A stretch of DNA of 63,532 nucleotides, filler included, from Octopus bimaculoides (taxonomy: Eukaryota), in assembly GCF_001194135.2 (NCBI RefSeq). It is 10 parts of 9 records of this genome, joined end to end, with 100 filler letters (N's around TTAATTAATTAA, not from the genome) between each part and the next. Parts side by side here need not be neighbours in the genome. Positions count along the whole stretch, not along the records: positions 9,447 to 20,550 come from NC_068983.1; positions 20,651 to 26,569 come from NC_069004.1; 8 more parts are not named here. The stretch is one strand, 5' to 3'. The notes under the pieces were generated by a model. That model made no database searches and was not told where the DNA came from. It was given only the letters and a program-made list of their open reading frames with translations. Below, in pieces: positions 11,161-22,753 of this stretch; within the stretch, counting starts at the first letter, position 1; each line of letters opens with the position of its first letter. Both the position numbers and the translations under genes were made by a program.

Positions 11161-12020
11161 TTTGATCCTTTGATCCTTTGGTGTATACTGACGCAATGCG
11201 TCTTACGTTCTGACCTGCATGTTTATGTCTTATTTGTATTCTGGGTATTAAATTTTAGTACGGAGCCGGTCTATAAGTTTTCCTTCAGTTTCTCAACAGT
11301 TTTTTAATTTATCCATTACCACTATGTGTTTATGTTTTGATATTATTCTGTTCTCTATTGCGTATAAGTAGAATGTGGCAAAGGTAGATACCAGGGAGAA
11401 GCCTATGGTCACTTTATCTTTGCATAAATTACCTTGTGAGCAGCGGAAAGATACTTATAAGGTAATCTTCATTTCATAGATTTGTTGGCATCGTAGATCG
11501 CTTCCTTTTTGGATCTTTATAGACGTTTTGTACTGGGATTTTTATTGTTTCTGTCACCACAACGTTAGTGAACAAACTTTCTACATCTAATGTGGAGATA
11601 GTACCTATTGCGTTAGTTTTTCCTTAAATTTGTAAAAAAATTATCGGAGAACTTTCTATTATATTTCTCTGGTGCATTTTATTTAATGATGTATTCTTTC
11701 TTACATTCACATACACACACAGTATAGAAATATGTATTTAGATATAAGAGCACACGTATATGATTAGATACAGCATGTTCACACACACACGCACACACAC
11801 GCACACATGCACACACACACATACACACACGCACTTGTGTATATATGTATATGTATGTATATATACATTCATACCTATACACACATATTTTTATTTTTTT
11901 AATTTATTTTATTTATGTGTTTCAGCCAAGTGGCTGCGGTCATGCTGGTGCACCACATACGTATATGTATATATACGCGTATATTCATGTGTGTGTACAT
12001 GTACACACACATACACACAC

Positions 12021-12092
<72 letters not shown>

Positions 12093-13306
12093 ACACATGT
12101 ATATACATTCATTTTATGTAAGCGTAAAAGAGCACACCTAATATATATGGTATGAATAAAGACGTGTGTGCGTATATGTATGTATACATGTGTATAATGT
12201 AGATATACATGCATACGTACATACATACATACATACATTTATATAAACATATAGAAGCGTTGCTAGCTCTTATATCTGTGTAAAGATGTGTAAACATCAA
12301 TTTTTATACACGGAAACTTATGTATACAGGTACTCAACATACATAATACACGCACACGCACACGCACACGCACACGCACACGCACACATACACACGCACG
12401 CATACACACGCACACACACACACAATATGAAACTTACACCAACACACGTAACCACATATACACAAATATACTAATTTACACACACACACAGACATGTAGT
12501 GAATATAGAACAGTGTGAAAGATAATAGGACAGAGGCCTTGTAAGAGAGATGTGTAAGGAAAATATAGTTGGTTAAGGTATATAGATATATATCAGATGT
12601 ATATGTGTACTTAACGTCCATAGGCATAAGTATTAATAACATTTTCACTATATATATCTTTAGTTGTTGCTTTTTCTCTTACATTGTACGTTGTTACTAT
12701 TACTTACAATTGTATACGTTACATTTGAGCAGCTTTCTCTCTTCAGTTTGTTTAGAGTTGCATAACATACAAATGCCACAAAGAATAAAAACAAAAATGC
12801 GTTGTATGTCATTTCGTACATTAAGCATGAATCTGCATGCTTTTTCTTACCGCCACGCCTGTAATTGAAATGGTTCATTAAACTAGTAAATTTTGTTTTT
12901 GTCGTTGTTGTTGTTGTTGTTGTTGTCTAGCCCATTTTTGTTTCGGATTCAGTAGATCTATGACCATAAGCGTGACAGCCGTGATCATTCCGTTTTTTAT
13001 TTGGAAGTAATGTTTGTATTCATGACTAACTACATCTTCTAATACGTCTTTCCCTTTAATGCAGTGAAATGTGGAAGATGTGGCTGCTATTCATAACAAG
13101 TTTAACTACTATGCAGAGGCTCCCTCGTTGACTCGACAGGTATATGTCGTCATTTAACGGGTCTCCCGAAAGTAGACATCTCAGTTACATTTCTACCATC
13201 TCAAACCGTGTAGATCGGTATTATGCATGCACATTAACTTACACGCAAAGACTCAACCCAACCAGCCGTTATAAACACCACTTACACCACCGCCGCCACC
13301 ACCACT

Positions 13307-13338
<32 letters not shown>

Positions 13339-13548
13339 CACCGTCACCACCACCACCACCACCACCAGATAGTGAAGAAAGAAGCAGTCATAAAAAAAAA
13401 ACTCATTGAAAAAGTAGATGTGTAGCGAAAGACTTTGACACATTAAATAAAGTGAAGTATTGTTAATTCTTTATCTGAAATGATCCGGATCGTAATCATT
13501 TCGGATTTCGAATTCATTATCCTTTTGCATTTCATAAAACAGTTTATA

Positions 13549-13712
13549 CAGGCGCAGGAGTAGCTGTGTGGTAAGTAGCTTGCTAACCAACCACATGGTT
13601 CTGGATTCAGTCCCACTGCGTGGCACCTTGGGCAAGTGTCTTCTACTATAGCCTTGGGTCGACCAAAGCCTTGTGAGTGGATTTGGTAGACGGAAACTGA
13701 AAGAAGCCCGTC

Positions 13713-13715
<3 letters not shown>
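13549..13715 (+). mobile_element. SINE family A 5' half (tRNA head plus CORE-like body), running into (TA)n
   Basis: GGCGCAGGAGTAGCTGTGTGGTAAG...CACCTTGGGCAAGTGTCTTCTACTATAGCC...GAAAGAAGCCCGTCG. Confidence 0.8.
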
Positions 13716-13785
<70 letters not shown>

Positions 13786-13926
13786 CATAGGGTAAAAAAT
13801 CATATATTAATTAATATCGATTAATTACCAGGAAGCTAGCACATTTAAAGAATCAAAGAGATTCAGAAACAGTATCTGCAATCTCAGGGGATTAAAGTAT
13901 ATTTTTATATATGACGTTGACCACTA

Positions 13927-13996
13927 ACGTGGACATTCAATGTGCTAGAAATAGACACAAAATGTGATCTATTTATAGCACATTGAATGTCCACGT
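13927..13996. repeat. 70-nt near-perfect hairpin
   Basis: 21-bp perfect outer stem ACGTGGACATTCAATGTGCTA/TAGCACATTGAATGTCCACGT, then one mismatch, a 7-bp stem, one bulge, a 4-bp stem and an AAA loop. Confidence 0.9.
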
Positions 13997-14349
13997 GCTC
14001 CAGCATGGCCGCAGTCAAATGACTGAAACAAGTAAAAGACTAAAAGAGAGAGTATACACAATGAATGTAATCTTATATAACTTTCGTATCAGTTCAGTTT
14101 CGCTTGATATGTACAGTTTCACTTTGTAACGTTTCGCTTTTCAGCAAAACTATTTCGCCTGTTACATTTTCACTAAGATTTGCCAACGACACAAGAGAGC
14201 TACGTCTCTTTCGATTTTAAAGTTATGACTTAATGCACCTACCAACACTTGCCCATCCCATTTAAAATTTTCTGGACACTTTTCAGAAATTTCCCGTTTG
14301 AGACATTTGTCCCACCCGAACTTTTCCGATTTTAGAAGTTTTGGGATTT

Positions 14350-14850
14350 CGGATTAAAGATTAGAACCAGTGAATATGTACTGCTAATGAAAGAATGACC
14401 ATGTCAAAATACAACAATATCTGTTTCATTATACAGTCTCTCATCAAGAATGGCGCAAAAAAATTATTTTAACCAATATTAGTAGGATTACGTTTAGTAC
14501 ATTTTTTTGTTGATCCTAAGTTATCCCTTAAATGAAAGCCATTCTAGTCACAACCATTATATCTTTTATATATGCATAGTATATCTAAAATAATATTATC
14601 CTTTGTGTTTTCGAATATCATCACAATAGAGTGTGATTTGTGTGGAGCTTTCACTGCTATTTTTATCAAGTCGAATAGCGACATGACTTCCTTTGTCGGA
14701 TCAAGAGATTTTTCTCCTTTTTGGTGTGAGAAAGAGTGGATGGCAGTGTCGACAGATTTTGTGACAATCAGTTGAGAGATCATCGGATTGATATTCTTTT
14801 AAAGTAGTTGATTTGTAGGCAAGATAGTCTTGAACTATTGAGTTCACATA
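14350..14850 (-). mobile_element. Possible highly decayed Tc1/IS630-like transposase relic
   Basis: Minus-strand fragments TTLKEYQ...SVDTAIHSFS and DIVVF*H...YSLVLIFNP weakly echo 'STIDRA' and 'VxDNxxxH...YSPxLNPIE'. Confidence 0.3.
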
Positions 14851-16950
14851 GGAGATAGTATGTATTCACATTGTAGATACTACAGTAAGTAGAGCTGGAT
14901 TTACTATAAAAAAAAGCACATGCTTAGGGCCCCTACGGATCAACATTAGCGGAGAGGAGAGGGTAGACTTGCATGCATAACAACTACTAAAGTTCATTTA
15001 AAAAATTGTCCTGGCTTGCGTATACGTGTACAGATATATATGATCAAATTTGTGCGATGGAGTCTTCCTTCCAAGAAAACAAAAGGGTAAATTCTGTTTT
15101 CTCTTTGTTAGAAAAAAGCAATAAATAAATGTTGGAAATATGTTCTTTTGTTGTTGCTTTTTTCATATTGCCTGCAAGTATTTAGTATTGAATAAATGAA
15201 ATTTTGCAATTAAAAGTTATATTTATTATAGTTATGGGGTCTTTCTTGGAAGGAAACCGAATTTTTCACCCATTATTTCATATTCAGTACATAGTATGTC
15301 ATACTGTCTTGTCAGCTAAACAATGGAAGGATCGAATATGCGCAATTATTTTAGCATTTCTTAAAGTAACAATTGGCATCAATCTGACCCTAACGCAGAG
15401 TGATGTATTTTCTCTCAGCGGAGCAAAACCAGAACAATAAAATTGACGAGTGTTTCATTAGGTAAAATGCTTTTCCGAGCCCGGGAACTGTAATCGAAAG
15501 GGGAAACTATCTATTACAGTCTCAATTATCCATCGCATTACAACTGAGAGAAGTGGGTTTATTGATTCATACATCTGATTATAGGATTACTTGTTTAAGC
15601 AATAAACTGAAGAGTCACAACTGACAGGCATCAGTCTACTGGTTCGTAAACGTAGCACCTAGGAACTTTTATTCAATCACCCACCTATAATTAGCTGGTA
15701 ATGGATAGCCTTTTTAAGGGAATTCAGGCAAAAATGGTCTATTTTCATTAAATCTAATTATGGAAATTTTGTGAAAGAGAGAACTAATATAATAATTTTA
15801 ATGAGCATAGGACATCAACGCTTTTCAGCAAACGAAACGTATTGTCTTATACGCTCAAGTTGTAGACTGAAATAATTAAGCAAGAATTTCTGGTTGTTAC
15901 ATAATCTAATTACATATATATGTGTGAAGAAAAGACAGCCTGCTGACAAAACCGCTGGAATTACAAGCTGAATATTGTTACATAATCTAGTTTCGCGTCT
16001 CTACATCTTAAGTACAAACTCTATCAGTGTCAACGTTGGCTTTCGTTCCCCAGGGAATCAAAATAGTTTCAAGTAATTTGTTGACACTTTGTTAAGAGAC
16101 TTGCTAAGAAAAGTTTCAACTTAATCTGCATATCAGTATTCAAACAACTGATACTCATGTAGAGTCCAATTCGATAATAAAAGCATGCTAAATTGGTCAC
16201 GGCATTAAAAACACGATTATATGAGCAAAGAGAATAACTCATGTGGACAATAGTATGAATTAAATAAACAAACGAGCAATGGCAGTTGTTTATCTAAATG
16301 GCGCCTTTTTGTAAATTCAATCCATTGCCCACATGACTTACTTCGCCCACTTCAATTTTTAATTATGCAAATTATTTCTGTACAAAAATGCTTTTCAGTA
16401 TCTAAAAGCCGATGAAAGACAGCTATACTATGTTGATAAGCTCCAACAAGATTTAATCCTATCCATAACTATTCCGTTACATGGATACAAATATTAGACT
16501 CCTCTGATTATGTAAATTTATTTTGCGAAATTCATTCTAAATTTCTTGAAATTGTCTCCTTTTCTTTCTGAAAAACATTAACGCATGTCGCTAAATTTCT
16601 TTTTCCTTCAATTAAGAGGGATCTTTCAAGTGAGACATGTTTGCGTATGTCATTCAGTACATTAACACTTAACTTACAAATGTAAATAATGTTATTTGAA
16701 ATAGATGATGCAGGCGTTTTAAAGTCGTTCAACCAATTACCAGATTTTGCTGTTGTCCACCTCTCACCAATTCGATGGCACATTGTCATTTGAATGTATG
16801 TTTGCAACATACATATCCGGTACAATGGAAATTCAATGATTTTTGTCTTGCTGTTCATTGTACACGCCCAGCGTACTGAATTGTGGAGTAGAGATAAAAT
16901 TTTCTATCGTTGGACCAGTTTTTTCTTCTATGGCCTTTCTATTTTCGGCA

Positions 16951-17164
16951 CTCCTTTAGAAACGCACCTCTCCAAGAAAATGAAATGCAATTAAAAAAAA
17001 TGTTATGAAAATGGAAAATATATGCGAAAAATTAGAAAGATTTTAAAATGGATGAATCTTTCTAATTTTTTGCATACATCATTTATTTTGTATATATTTT
17101 CCATTTTCATAAGTGTTTTTAAAATTGCATTTCATTTTCTTGGAGGGGTGCGTTTCTAAAGGAG
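16951..17164. mobile_element. Foldback / MITE-like palindromic element (214 bp)
   Basis: CTCCTTTAGAAACGCACCTCTCCAAGAAAATGAAATGCAATT... pairs with ...AATTGCATTTCATTTTCTTGGAGGGGTGCGTTTCTAAAGGAG; central loop about 12 nt. Confidence 0.85.
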
Positions 17165-18251
17165 CTCCCTATTTTCTTTGCAATTAAAACACTGGAGTTA
17201 TATTTATATTCTTTTTCAGACAGAGAGGATCTGTTTTAATATTTGGGTTATGATTGCTATGAAGTCGAACAGCTGTATAGTCACACACACATTCTTTCAA
17301 AGTAACTCTTATTCTACTGAGTTAGCCATGAATTATACGAAGTGAAGTCATGGTGATCCGAAGCTGGGTTGAGATTTCGATTCCCACTTAAAGTTAATAC
17401 GCTTCACTAATACCAGGCCATCTCCCCACACAAAATCCCCCTGATAACGCCTCAAGACTCATAGTAGTATGTTTCTTCTAGACATATAAGTCCTTCAATC
17501 AAAATTAATGGTTATTTATTTCATCCTTAAACATACAGGTCAACCAAGTGTCTTACGTAGGAATTTACCCCAGTCCTAGAAGTCTAAAGATTTACGATGA
17601 GTCTCATTGCTGATAATGATTAGGTTGTAGGACGTAAGTAACTGTAAATAAGCATTGCATTCTCCGTAGTTAAATACTGAGATCCCCAAATTCGTACCTG
17701 ATTAATAAAGTAACGCTTAGTTAAATAACCAGCGGAGTATATTTCCGATATTTATTTTCTCGATACTGAAAGGATATAAAATTAAAGTGGGCCCCGATCA
17801 GATGAAAACTATGAACTTAAAGCAACTTAAATAGCCGTAGATAAGCATTCTGTGTACAAACTATATTAAATCTCTACAGAATGATAGGCATAGTCGACCC
17901 TGTTGGAATTTGAACCCAAAGCGTAAGGGGATGCGATTAAATACTGTAAAGAATTTTGCTGGCCACTCTATCAATATCACCAAAGGATCCCACATCAAAA
18001 ATGGTAATTCCTTGGAGAGTAAAGCAAGTCGTTAACTGATTCACTTCCGGATATATTGACTCTCTTCTGAGTAACCGAACAGGAAATTGTGTATAAGTTT
18101 CCTATTTCAGTAACAGTAAAAACTTTCTCTCCTTCTCTCTCTCTCTCTCCCCTTCCCTCCTTCTCTCCCGCTCTATCCCCCCTCTCTCTGTACACACACA
18201 CATAGTTATATTTATATACATATATAGATATGTGTATGTTAGTGTATGTAT

Positions 18252-18287
<36 letters not shown>

Positions 18288-18990
18288 TACACAAATATTT
18301 AAAATACATACATGTATGACGTCATATATGTCTATGACGCCATAGTGCATTACACAGCACATTTGGATAATTTAAATTATAAGATATATCTTTTATTTAA
18401 AAAATCGCACAATTTTAACCTCGATGTAGAAGGTTGCGAAACAGTTACATGACCCTTTTGATCTCTAAATACTGTGTAAGAGTATATAAACTCCAAACAT
18501 TAAAAAGGTTAAATCGAGGCAAATGTAAAGTACCAAATGAGTATGAACATAGAAATATATTTGCAACCAACGAAGTGAATCATTCTTTTCCTTTTGATGT
18601 TCCATATGTACATGGTAATAGGAAGCTGGAGGAAAACAAGTATGAGCAAAATATAAGATAGAAAGCTAAGGATGATTGAACTAAAAATAATTGACTCAGA
18701 ATGAAACAGCTTCTATCTATCGCTCTTCTATCTCTTTTGTTCTTGTAGTTGTGGCTTAACTCCTGATCGGATTTGATTGAGTAGAACTATTATCAAATGC
18801 GTTCCTTTCATGCCCCCACGTGTCTTTCAAACATAATATATCAAGGATTACATTATTCAACGTGTCTTTCCTTCTTTAAGTCGGGAGGTGTGGGATTTTT
18901 AGGAAAATTTGGTTTCTATTTCTAGCATGTCGAGCCACTGTGTAGAGACGCCGCTGTCGTACTCGTCTTTTGTGCGTGTGTGTGTGTGTT

Positions 18991-18992
<2 letters not shown>

Positions 18993-19077
<85 letters not shown>

Positions 19078-19078
19078 C

Positions 19079-19123
<45 letters not shown>

Positions 19124-19135
19124 GAGAGTGAGAGA
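18993..19135. repeat. (AG)n microsatellite; others at 20081-20121, 20651-20722, 21269-21372, 23995-24190
   Basis: Direct reading. Confidence 0.95.
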
Positions 19136-20075
19136 GTGTGGTGTAAGCGCGCGTATACATGTCTACATACGCACAAAGAGAAACGAAGTATAAAACATCA
19201 AAAAACAATATCCGTGGTAATTATGACTTCAATTTATAATCTGTTGTTAAACTCTCTAGCATGTATTAAAACACTAAATCCAGGTAGAAAATGTCTGCAT
19301 GTATGTACATAATTGGCTAGAACTATCCTGAAGAGCAACGAATACTTGGAATAAAAAGCAGAAAAACATCAATTTTACAGATGATAATTCTGTTACTTTC
19401 AACGGCTGTTTCATTAAGAATAAACATTTAATTCCATATTTACGCAATTAAGATACATAGAGTTTTTCTTAATTGAATTCATTTAAATCAATGTTTATAT
19501 TAAATCAAGAGGAATATTACAGGGAACGCCAACCATAAATCTTTGCTGGTTGTATGGAAGACATACATTAATATTTTGAAGATAATTGTTTTGTATGCCT
19601 ACTGGTGTTGAAAGATGGATCTAACCATGATATTCTGTTGATCTGATGAGCTAGCCTTCTACATTAGTTTGCAAATTGTTAAATAGTACTATGCAATTTA
19701 TGACAAACACACAAGTGCAGACATTAAAGAATATTTTTAAGATTATTTTTAAAAGAATATTTTTCCATGATGGCAGAAATCACTATTTTTCTGGATCAGT
19801 TTTCTCCCAGATCATATCCCATCTGGAATGGCCAACAATGTAGCCAGTTAATACTTTTATTGATCTGCTTAATGAATTTATATTAAGAATTAACTATGGT
19901 GTCTTTTCTCAAAAAGTTAATAGTTTATATTGGACCATACCTATTTGTCTAGATTTATGCAAATTGCTGTTCATTATCTCTATAGGTGATAAAAATCTCA
20001 GGCGGTTGGTTGGTTGGTCGAATGTATACGCTTAAAGTTGTATAAGGTGAGAGAAAGAAAGAGTAAAGGTGAGAA

Positions 20076-20126
<51 letters not shown>

Positions 20127-20650
20127 ATGTGTGTGCGCGCGCGCGTGTATGTAAAAAAGAGATACAGATACAGTTAATATAAAAGGTCCAGGATGGGTGC
20201 ACATACTAGGCTTGGTGACAGGAGCAGGAGTAAATGATAGAATAGTTAAGGAAGAAGTTATAAGTGAGAAATTTGCTATATTTACTTTTATCTAAGGTAA
20301 TAAATATTGTTGCTTTGAAAATAACTTAGTATAAGCATTAGAAAATTTGATAAAAATTGAATTATAATTATTGTATGTATTCCATATTTCCTGCTATCAC
20401 CCAAGACAGCAAAAGTATACTTCCAAAGTTGTACGTTATGTGCAGAGTAACTATTTCTTACATCTATATTATTTTTCAAGAAAAGCCCTTCTGTGAAAAG
20501 TATATCTTCGAATCATTGCCTCATCCTTGTATATATATATATATATATATNNNNNNNNNNNNNNNNNNNNNNNNNNNNNNNNNNNNNNNNNNNNTTAATT
20601 AATTAANNNNNNNNNNNNNNNNNNNNNNNNNNNNNNNNNNNNNNNNNNNN

Positions 20651-20709
<59 letters not shown>

Positions 20710-21265
20710 GAGAGAGAGAGAGATGGTTAAATAAACAATTAAACAGACAATAGGTAAACAAATGGATAGACAGATAGATTGAAAAATCTCTGCTAGAAAT
20801 GTTAACCGAAATTATTAACACCTTGGTAGAGAGTTTAACGTAGCTTGACCGATAGATGGACATGGTTGGATGAAGATAGATAGATAGATAGATACGTATG
20901 TGTTATGGGTCTGCCTTTCTGTTTGTCTACCTATACACACATAATCTCACACTTTATATTAAACAATTATATTAAGAGGTGAAGGAAGTTTGGAGCCAAT
21001 TAAAATTATTATCTGAATCAGACTCATATAATTGATCAGTATCTTGTCAGACCATGTGAAAACAAAACAAATATGGCGACTGAAGAAAGAAAGGAAGGAA
21101 GGTAAGTAGGCGAGGGGTAGGTAAACAGGTAGACAGGCTGGTATGTATGTATGTATGTATGTATGTATGTATGTATGTGTTTACACGCAGACAAACACAT
21201 ACATTATCTATATAATAATAATCTTGTTCGTTCGACCGTTATACATTACTTAAAGAGGTGGATGT

Positions 21266-21324
<59 letters not shown>

Positions 21325-21419
21325 AAGAGCGAGAGAGAGAGAAAGAGAGATAGAGAGAGAGAAAGAGAGAGAGGAGTGAAAAGAGACGAAGAAGTAGAAA
21401 ATGGTGATTAATATTAATA

Positions 21420-22150
21420 CACTTATTCAATAAAATCGCCACTGGTTTGAACTACGGCCTGCAGAGGACTTCGGAATCTCATGCAACTCTTCTGGACGGT
21501 CTCCTTTTAAAGTTGGTGAACGCTGCCACAATCTTTTCCTTCAGTTAATCTTTGGTGTTATAAGGAGTTTTGTTGGTTTCCCGCTCAACTGGACCAACAC
21601 ATAATCAAGGGGGTTGCAGTCTGGGGAGTTAGGTGGCCAGTTGTTAGGGGTGATGTGGTCGCAGAAATTGTCTGACAACCATTATTGGGTTCTCTTGCAT
21701 GTGTGCCATGATGCAGGGTCCTGTTGCCAGACATAGGGTCTTCCAGTAGCTACCTTCTTAACCCAGGGCAACACTACCTCTTCCAGGCATTTGATGTAGG
21801 CCTCCGTGTTGAGTCTGAGGCCGTGTGGGAAGACGAATGGCGGTATAACGTCGCCATCACTAGTGATCACTCCAAACACCATGATGTTGACTGGATGTTT
21901 GATTTCTATCACTTTCGTTACATGTCCTCAGATCGCACTGTGCTCGGATTGACACCCAAACACTCTGAAATGTCCGTATTTGAGCTTCCGGCGCGAATGC
22001 CAAGCAGTACAGCATGTTGTTTCCAAATTTCTGGCAGAGTGAATTGCGTCATGGCACTGTTTTTCTTACAGACGGTGCCCAACTGACTGACCCTTCCATA
22101 CTGCCTAGTCGACAAAATCGAAAGCAAACAATGCGCACGAATTAAATTTT
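21420..22150 (-). mobile_element. Internally deleted Tc1/mariner DD37D (maT-type) transposon
   Basis: N-terminal HTH 'MTQFTLPEIWKQHAVLLGIRAGSSNTDISECLGVNPSTV' is joined directly to 'KHPVNIMVFGVITSDGD...WQQDPASWHT...WPPNSPDCNPLDY'. There are 37 residues between the second and third catalytic Asp, with one in-frame stop. Confidence 0.85.
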
Positions 22151-22510
22151 ACGTTATGACGACGGCAATGAAATTTTACTTAACGTTTCGAATTCCTATG
22201 CAACGAGAATCATTTGTTGTTCAGGTTCTTGGAAGTACAGTTTCACGTTCCAAGTTCCAGTACTCCAGGTATCTTTACTTTTCTTTTGTTCTTGCATCAA
22301 CAAATGGGTGTATCTCCTGGGTGTGCATAACAACAGGAATAGCTTTAAAATATGATTTCTTGAACTTTGTTTTTTCGGTTTAGTTTTTGCAAACCGTCCA
22401 AGACAATTGAGGTCAGTTGCGGTTCTTGAATTCGATGACTAGAGAGAAACATGGACAGGGTTAGAATTTTTGAAGAATGACCGTTTAGGTAGAAAAAAAA
22501 ATTAGGAAAA

Positions 22511-22753
22511 GTAATGCTTATCCCCACTTAATCGAGGATGTTCTGTTAGAACAAGCTATACTGAGGTAGATACCATGAGAGAATCTCTCATATTAGTTTC
22601 TGATGCAAAAATGAATGCAGGTTTATATCGCTAGTGGGGAGATAAATCTCTGCCACTCCACCAAAAGCCAATATGTGAGTTTCTCTCATGGTTTCTACCG
22701 CAGTATAGCTTGTTCCAACAGAACATCCAGGTTTAAGTGGAGATAAATATTAC
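22511..22753. mobile_element. MITE/foldback element with about 90-bp imperfect inverted arms
   Basis: GGATGTTCTGTTAGAACAAGCTATACTGAGGTAGATACCATGAGAGAA pairs with TTCTCTCATGGTTTCTACCGCAGTATAGCTTGTTCCAACAGAACATCC. Confidence 0.85.

Larger units (their letters stand above)
9850..11630 (-). mobile_element. Decayed Penelope-like retroelement (RT domain relic), interrupted by a SINE
   Basis: Minus frame near 11605-11480 reads GTISTLDVESLFTNVVVTETIKI (PLE RT 'LDVESLFTNVP' motif). Near 11450-11350 it reads FRCSQGNLCKDKVTIGFSLVSTFATFYLYAIENR (decayed QxDGVAMGSPLGPTFANFYM). Many stops. The left boundary is approximate. Confidence 0.7.

Noticed and set aside
11679-12878. Many long ORFs rich in YI, HT, CV, LS or ER repeats (also 18876-19312, 42395-43828, 52800-54279 and others)
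   Set aside because: They are translations of (TA)n, (CA)n, (GA)n and (TATC)n microsatellites, with no splice or homology support.
17522-17640. TCCTTAAAC (U12 branch-like) plus AG and a downstream GTAAGTA donor
   Set aside because: All three frames of the enclosed segment contain stops, the branch motif is imperfect, and no partner U12 donor exists upstream on the plus strand.
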